This document shows, piece by piece, positions 60,701 to 64,000 of a stretch of 64,000 nt of DNA. The notes under the pieces were generated by a model. That model searched no databases. It had not been told where the DNA came from and was given only the letters and a program-made list of their open reading frames with translations. This DNA is from Phoronis australis (lineage: Eukaryota; Animalia; Phoronida): assembly GCA_002633005.1 (NCBI GenBank), contig NMRA01000649.1, positions 1 to 64,000 on the forward strand, in the 5' to 3' direction. The number at the start of each line of letters is the position of its first letter. Within the stretch, counting starts at the first letter, position 1. The position numbers and the translations under genes are program-made.

Positions 60701-63375
60701 TCGTGACTCGTGAAGAAGAGGATGTCATCATCCAGCAGTTTCTTCGTTTCGGCGAGACCCGCGCCATCGCCCAGGAGATAATTATTCAAGGAACACGAGA
60801 CAGGACAGAGTTGCCGCGCACAATACCAAAAACGGAGTCGGAAATCAGGAAGTTTATCGAGAGGAACACGTTTAACATCCAGAGCTACATGCGGTCGCTC
60901 GAAGCTCATCGCCTACTAGGGGGCAAGTTCATGTATCCGCCCGGCGCCTCCGCTGCTGCTGCGGCTCTCATTGGCCTGCCAACGCTAGGATCCTTCCCAG
61001 CCGCCACCACTGCTGCCGCAACATCCGCGTCAGCTTCATCACCAGCTCAGGAATTTCCCAAGTCAGAGTCGTCGGCCGTAACTAGCAAATCAGTCACGTC
61101 TCCCCTCAATCAACTACAAACTATGCAGGCACTTGATTACTGTGCGGAAAAGGACAGTCCCAATAGTAGCCCAGGGTCATCCACAAGTGACCGGCACCGT
61201 GCTAGCTCATCAGCCAGTCACAGCCCGCAGTCTAATCCCCCCACCCTGGCTACTGCCGTACCCCTTGTGAAAGTCCCTCAGATGCTTCCGCTGACCCCGT
61301 TTGCTCAAAGCAGCTTTAAATCTCATTTTACCTTGCCTGGTCTGACACCCCCCAGTTTCGGCGTGGCTTCCAGTTCAGAATCTCAGGAGGTGGCAATCAA
61401 CTACTCTACCAAAGATACGACGAGAGACCCTGTGCAAGAGTCTTATAAACTCAAGCATCTTCGTAAGTCGTCTATGCCTCTCAAACGCAACTGGGCCCCT
61501 AGTGGCGTATTTGGACATTCGTTTATTTCACCTAGTGGCAAGAAGCGCGTACTATGTACAGTGTGCAACAAGACTTTCTGTGATAAAGGAGCGTTGAAGA
61601 TTCACTACAGTGCTGTTCACCTCAAGGAGATGCATAAGTGCACAGTGGACGGCTGTAATATGATGTTCAGTTCTCGTCGGAGTCGCAACCGGCACAGTGC
61701 TAACCCCAACCCTAAGCTACACCAGCCACAGAAGCGCAAAATCCCTGAGGGAGCGACAATCGTGGAGGACGGCAAGATATCGTCCCCAGATCCCCGTGAC
61801 ATGATAGAGATTCCGGCGTCAGCGGTACCACTGCATGACATGAGCCCCATTGTGGGGAAGTCCTTGCTCCAAACGACCTCGCTTCCAAATGCAATCCAAC
61901 GGAGCATCGCTGACCATCGGCGCTTCTTTTTGGAGGATCAAGACGAAGATGAGCCTGATTCTCCAAAGAGGTTGAGAATTGATGAGCCTGATGAGAAAAG
62001 TTCAAAGGTCAAGGTGGAGGCGTTGAATACGTCTAAAGACGAATCAGTTGATAGTCCGCACTTGCAGCAAAGACCAGGTCAAGAACATCTCAGGGGAACA
62101 CGCAAACGCAAACGGCTTGTTCCAACGCGATACCCTCAGGCGACAGAAGAGGAGGAGTTTGTGATGAGTGACAACTCTGATGAAGATGAAAACAGCAATG
62201 AGGGCGTGGCTTGTGGTGAAGCAGGTTCATGCTCTAAAGGTGACTGTAGGCCGGGCGTAGGCTGCAGAGAAGAACTCGGCGCCAACAGTCCGGGCTACGA
62301 TGATAATTTTAATGACGAGGTATCTAGTAATGGTTCCCCTGGGGAGAGGGAAGACATCAGTTTCCTGATGCCAGAACAAGACAAACCGGAAGCGAGGTTG
62401 GCTGACTCCAACTACTTCAAGTCGGCGGCCTTTCGCGAGATCCAAGAAAGAGCTCTGAAACAAATGTACGGTATACCTTGTGATTCGTCGACATGTGATA
62501 AACCCAGAAATCCTCTATTCATGCTACCTCGTAATTTATCGGAAGGCGGGCACTACGATGGTCACCATCCGTTGCGGATGTCCGTGGGCACGCAGTCAGA
62601 TCAGGAATCAAATGGCTCAAGTGACAACTCTGACGATGAGTCGGTGAGCCATGTGAGACGCCACAATGGTGACGGATCGCCCCCGCTGTCGGCGGCAGAG
62701 GAGGAAGAGGAGTGTTGTGAGATTCCTGTTGACTGCGACAACCCTAACAAGTGTCCAGCGTGTGACGTGGAATTTCACAACACATTCGCTGTGAAGACGC
62801 ACTACCAGAGCGTTCACCTGCAGCTGAAACACACGTGTACCATCGATGGCTGCAACGCCGCGTTTCCATCGAAACGCAGCCGTAACCGACACAGTGGCAA
62901 CCTCAATCTGCACCGCAAGCTTCTCTCGACTACAGAGCAAGGTAACCCCAGTCCGACAGATGAGTTCCGTTCTCATTTTTATGATTCTGCAATAATCAAG
63001 AAACACAATGGTCATGGTATGAAGGCTGACCCTGAGGAGATCACGGCAAGTATACCAACTGCAGTCGTGCTCAACAGAGGGCTCTTGCCCCCACAGAAAT
63101 CTGGGTCACATGCAGCTGTTGTAGCTGATGCACATGTTGTTGCCGATAACGATGACCACAGCTGTTCAGAGTTTGAGAACTATGTCAAGTGTCATATATG
63201 CAATGATAGTTTCCGTGACAACCTGGTCCTTAAGGAACATTTAGAGAAGGTTCATCCCAAAGACATGTATAGGTGCACTATCAATGGCTGTGATAAAGTG
63301 TTCTCCACTAGGAAGAGCCGCAACCGTCACAGTCAAAATGACAATCTGCACAGGAATATCTCACCTAAGATTTAG
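14472..63375 (+). CDS. BNC2: Basonuclin-2-like / disconnected-family C2H2 zinc-finger transcription factor, ~1019 aa, 4 coding exons
   Basis: join(14472-14480,52639-52741,58352-58590,60667-63375) = 3060 nt, in frame. Basonuclin N-terminal domain AIRC...C.C.CF.PGK...R.C..C.HGWVAHALDKL...[12 protein letters not shown]...[14 protein letters not shown]...[18 protein letters not shown]...QQFLRFGET, plus three disco-type finger pairs. Probably co-orthologous to vertebrate BNC1 and BNC2. The first exon is less certain than the others. Confidence 0.92.
15627..15876. mobile_element. 250-bp MITE with CATGCAC termini and a 5-bp TSD CAGAG
   Basis: cagag|CATGCAC...GTGCATG|cagag; subterminal GGGGGGCTCG motifs. 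Confidence 0.55.
22525..22565 (+). other. Candidate recursive-splice site plus 41-nt alternative exon encoding an alternative N-terminus MSSGDDK (ATG at 22545)
   Basis: tttgtgtttctttgcttgttacAG|GTAAGC at the start and AAG|GTATGT at the end; ACTAAC branch-point consensus at ~22492-22497; ATG to donor is 21 nt, phase 0. Confidence 0.6.
22690..22900 (+). repeat. Abundant ~200-250-bp dispersed repeat (family D); copies at ~23407-23620, ~46345-46530, ~53531-53765, ~58120-58315, and inverted at ~11200-11300 and ~11650-11790
   Basis: Shared words GGACACAATATG, CATAGCTGC, AATATTTT..AAATTGTG(G/A)GCA(A/T)TC, TTGGTGAGATT. Confidence 0.7.
26993..27045. repeat. 12-bp tandem repeat TAATGGTACACT, about 4 copies
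   Basis: Directly visible. Confidence 0.9.
28911..29030. repeat. ~60-bp direct duplication (ACAGAAACTTCCTTA..GGCGGGCAATAAC...GGTGCTTGAA)
   Basis: Two adjacent diverged copies. Confidence 0.8.
30727..30757. repeat. (AT)n microsatellite
   Basis: Directly visible; lies within a dispersed AT-rich repeat related to ~9400-9620. Confidence 0.95.
35778..37283 (+). mobile_element. Non-autonomous Helentron/HINE (DINE-1-like) element with internal ~150-bp tandem units arranged as a ~445-bp higher-order repeat
   Basis: Starts TTTTTATGCACCCAC; (C)GTCC microsatellite; units restart at ~35970, ~36418 and ~36860; subterminal GTGGGCACA inverted to the 5' end; 3' hairpin CAACGC-tcc-GCGTTG followed by CTCTTGTT in a T-run. 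Confidence 0.75.
37350..37450. mobile_element. ~100-bp palindromic MITE (family C); relatives at ~11830-11898, ~15420-15500, ~27307-27380 and ~50214-50400
   Basis: Perfect TIR TAGTCACTTACA/TGTAAGTGACTA and inner inverted repeat TTGAGAACCAG/CTGGTTCTC, recurring in all copies. Confidence 0.75.
43011..43495. repeat. Minisatellite, 25-bp unit AGAGATTGGCTCTCCCAACAAGGGT, ~19 copies
   Basis: Directly visible; produces the repetitive ORFs at 42948-43520. Confidence 0.95.
45620..46135. repeat. Minisatellite: 17-bp AGTATTCAAGCTTGGTC (~11 copies) grading into a diverged 20-bp AGTATTATCCAAGCTTGGTC
   Basis: Directly visible; produces ORFs 45579-46149. Confidence 0.95.
47749..49543 (-). mobile_element. 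Decayed PIF/Harbinger DNA transposon (~1.8 kb) with TIRs, CAG TSD and a transposase remnant
   Basis: cag|GGCCCAGT..CTCCAATCTCCGTACTCAG ... CTGAGTACGGAGATTGGAGACTGAGCC|cag. Minus strand 49143-48991 reads [51 protein letters not shown], which resembles the Harbinger/HARBI1 N-terminal HTH region. Confidence 0.8.
50278..50360 (-). mobile_element. 5'-truncated retroposon tail inserted into a family C MITE
   Basis: (TTTA)n tail on the plus strand, flanked by the direct repeat CTAACT at 50272-50277 and 50361-50366; the MITE sequence resumes on both sides. Confidence 0.6.
51921..51982. other. Assembly gap (62 N)
   Basis: Run of N; further single Ns at 3996 and 13334. Confidence 1.
52639..52741 (+). 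CDS. BNC2: BNC-like exon 2 ([34 protein letters not shown])
   Basis: ttttgcag acceptor, G|GTAAGT donor, 103 nt; the Cys-rich basonuclin N-terminal motif. Missing from the ORF track. Confidence 0.95.
57500..57680. mobile_element. MITE family A copy
   Basis: TAATTGACCTATC...GATAGGTCAATTA termini; internal tttacccgacaaacaaca and agcagcattctt match 3067-3222 inverted. Confidence 0.7.
58352..58590 (+). CDS. BNC2: BNC-like exon 3 (ALDKLGFQH...YARGYILQ)
   Basis: ctttcag acceptor, CAG|GTATGG donor, 239 nt, phase 1 to 0. Confidence 0.96.
58681..59028. mobile_element. Foldback/MITE (family B) just downstream of BNC exon 3
   Basis: Nested inverted arms: cataggcc/ggcctatg, tacactgattaaaccat/atggtttaatcagtgta, gtaccttttgc/gcaaaaggtac, gacaccttag/ctaaggtgtc. 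Confidence 0.7.
60667..63375 (+). CDS. BNC2: BNC-like terminal exon, 902 codons, with three C2H2 finger pairs
   Basis: caccag acceptor, TAG stop. Fingers: [50 protein letters not shown]...HYQSVH/CTIDGC...[19 protein letters not shown]...HLEKVH/CTINGC...[13 protein letters not shown]. Confidence 0.97.
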   Translation, partial: DASGRVLDKWSIVTREEEDVIIQQFLRFGETRAIAQEIIIQGTRDRTELPRTIPKTESEIRKFIERNTFNIQSYMRSLEAHRLLGGKFMYPPGASAAAAALIGLPTLGSFPAATTAAATSASASSPAQEFPKSESSAVTSKSVTSPLNQLQTMQALDYCAEKDSPNSSPGSSTSDRHRASSSASHSPQSNPPTLATAVPLVKVPQMLPLTPFAQSSFKSHFTLPGLTPPSFGVASSSESQEVAINYSTKDTTRDPVQESYKLKHLRKSSMPLKRNWAPSGVFGHSFISPSGKKRVLCTVCNKTFCDKGALKIHYSAVHLKEMHKCTVDGCNMMFSSRRSRNRHSANPNPKLHQPQKRKIPEGATIVEDGKISSPDPRDMIEIPASAVPLHDMSPIVGKSLLQTTSLPNAIQRSIADHRRFFLEDQDEDEPDSPKRLRIDEPDEKSSKVKVEALNTSKDESVDSPHLQQRPGQEHLRGTRKRKRLVPTRYPQATEEEEFVMSDNSDEDENSNEGVACGEAGSCSKGDCRPGVGCREELGANSPGYDDNFNDEVSSNGSPGEREDISFLMPEQDKPEARLADSNYFKSAAFREIQERALKQMYGIPCDSSTCDKPRNPLFMLPRNLSEGGHYDGHHPLRMSVGTQSDQESNGSSDNSDDESVSHVRRHNGDGSPPLSAAEEEEECCEIPVDCDNPNKCPACDVEFHNTFAVKTHYQSVHLQLKHTCTIDGCNAAFPSKRSRNRHSGNLNLHRKLLSTTEQGNPSPTDEFRSHFYDSAIIKKHNGHGMKADPEEITASIPTAVVLNRGLLPPQKSGSHAAVVADAHVVADNDDHSCSEFENYVKCHICNDSFRDNLVLKEHLEKVHPKDMYRCTINGCDKVFSTRKSRNRHSQNDNLHRNISPKI

Positions 63376-64000
63376 TTTCCAGGCTCCTTCCTACAGTAGA
63401 TGTCACTGTCCTACGACAAGCTACCAGCATGACTATCGTGTAGCATTTAATACATGTGTGGGATGATTCTTTTTAGTCAAAATGTTCTCGGTATTATTGT
63501 GCAGTTTATATGATGCATTACTAATAATCTATGGCATGTGCAAAGTCAATTGTACTTATGACTTAAAAAAGTGAGTTTAAAATTTCATTAAATCAGTATT
63601 TAAAGAGCATTTAGCTGCTTTACTGAGACCAATGTTCATGGTTTTTCGTGGTCTTCTGTTTTCGTTGTTGTCTTGTTTTTAATACGGGTGGTTTTAATAC
63701 ATATATCATTATTTAAAGACATAAAGGAAGTTTTAAGAATTTTATGGTGCAATAAGTAAATTATTAAGTAAGACTGTGTTGTTCAGTATATGATGCCGAG
63801 AGAATGGGTGGAACTGGATGAGATGAAGTTTTGTAAGGTTTCGATCAACAGAGGTCACTTTTTGCATTGTTTACAGGTGCCACGTTCTCATGTCTTATGG
63901 ATTTAATTATGTAATGTTCAGTGCTATAGATCTCTGTGTAATACTGCTGGCTACATGATTGTTTAGAGTCTCGAGTCTTAACTTTTTTTGTCTGAGACAT

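Noticed and set aside
61617-63015. Antisense ORFs over the BNC terminal exon
   Set aside because: Shadow ORFs of a GC-richer coding exon, with no recognisable motifs.

Overview
Eukaryotic, AT-rich (about 35-40% GC by eye), intron-rich animal DNA, probably from a marine invertebrate; the repeat families look mollusc-like, but the taxon is an inference. Two genes are transcribed head-to-head from a region of about 260 bp at ~14.2-14.5 kb. (1) On the minus strand is the 5' part of a centlein (CNTLN) orthologue: 12 in-frame coding exons giving ~520 aa, running off the left edge. Two of its exons lie in a 1.58-kb tandem duplication that ends at a lone N, probably a haplotype assembly artefact. (2) On the plus strand is a complete basonuclin/disconnected (BNC2-like) gene: exons 14472-14480, 52639-52741, 58352-58590 and 60667-63375, ~1019 aa, three C2H2 finger pairs, and a 38-kb first intron. 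That intron contains a candidate recursive-splice site with an alternative-start exon (22525-22565), a HINE/Helentron-like element carrying an array of CTCF-like motifs, a decayed Harbinger transposon with TIRs and a CAG TSD, several MITE families and minisatellites. Almost all short ORFs in the supplied track are noise. No prokaryotic systems, CRISPR arrays or intact RNA genes were seen. All homology calls are from memory, not from database searches.
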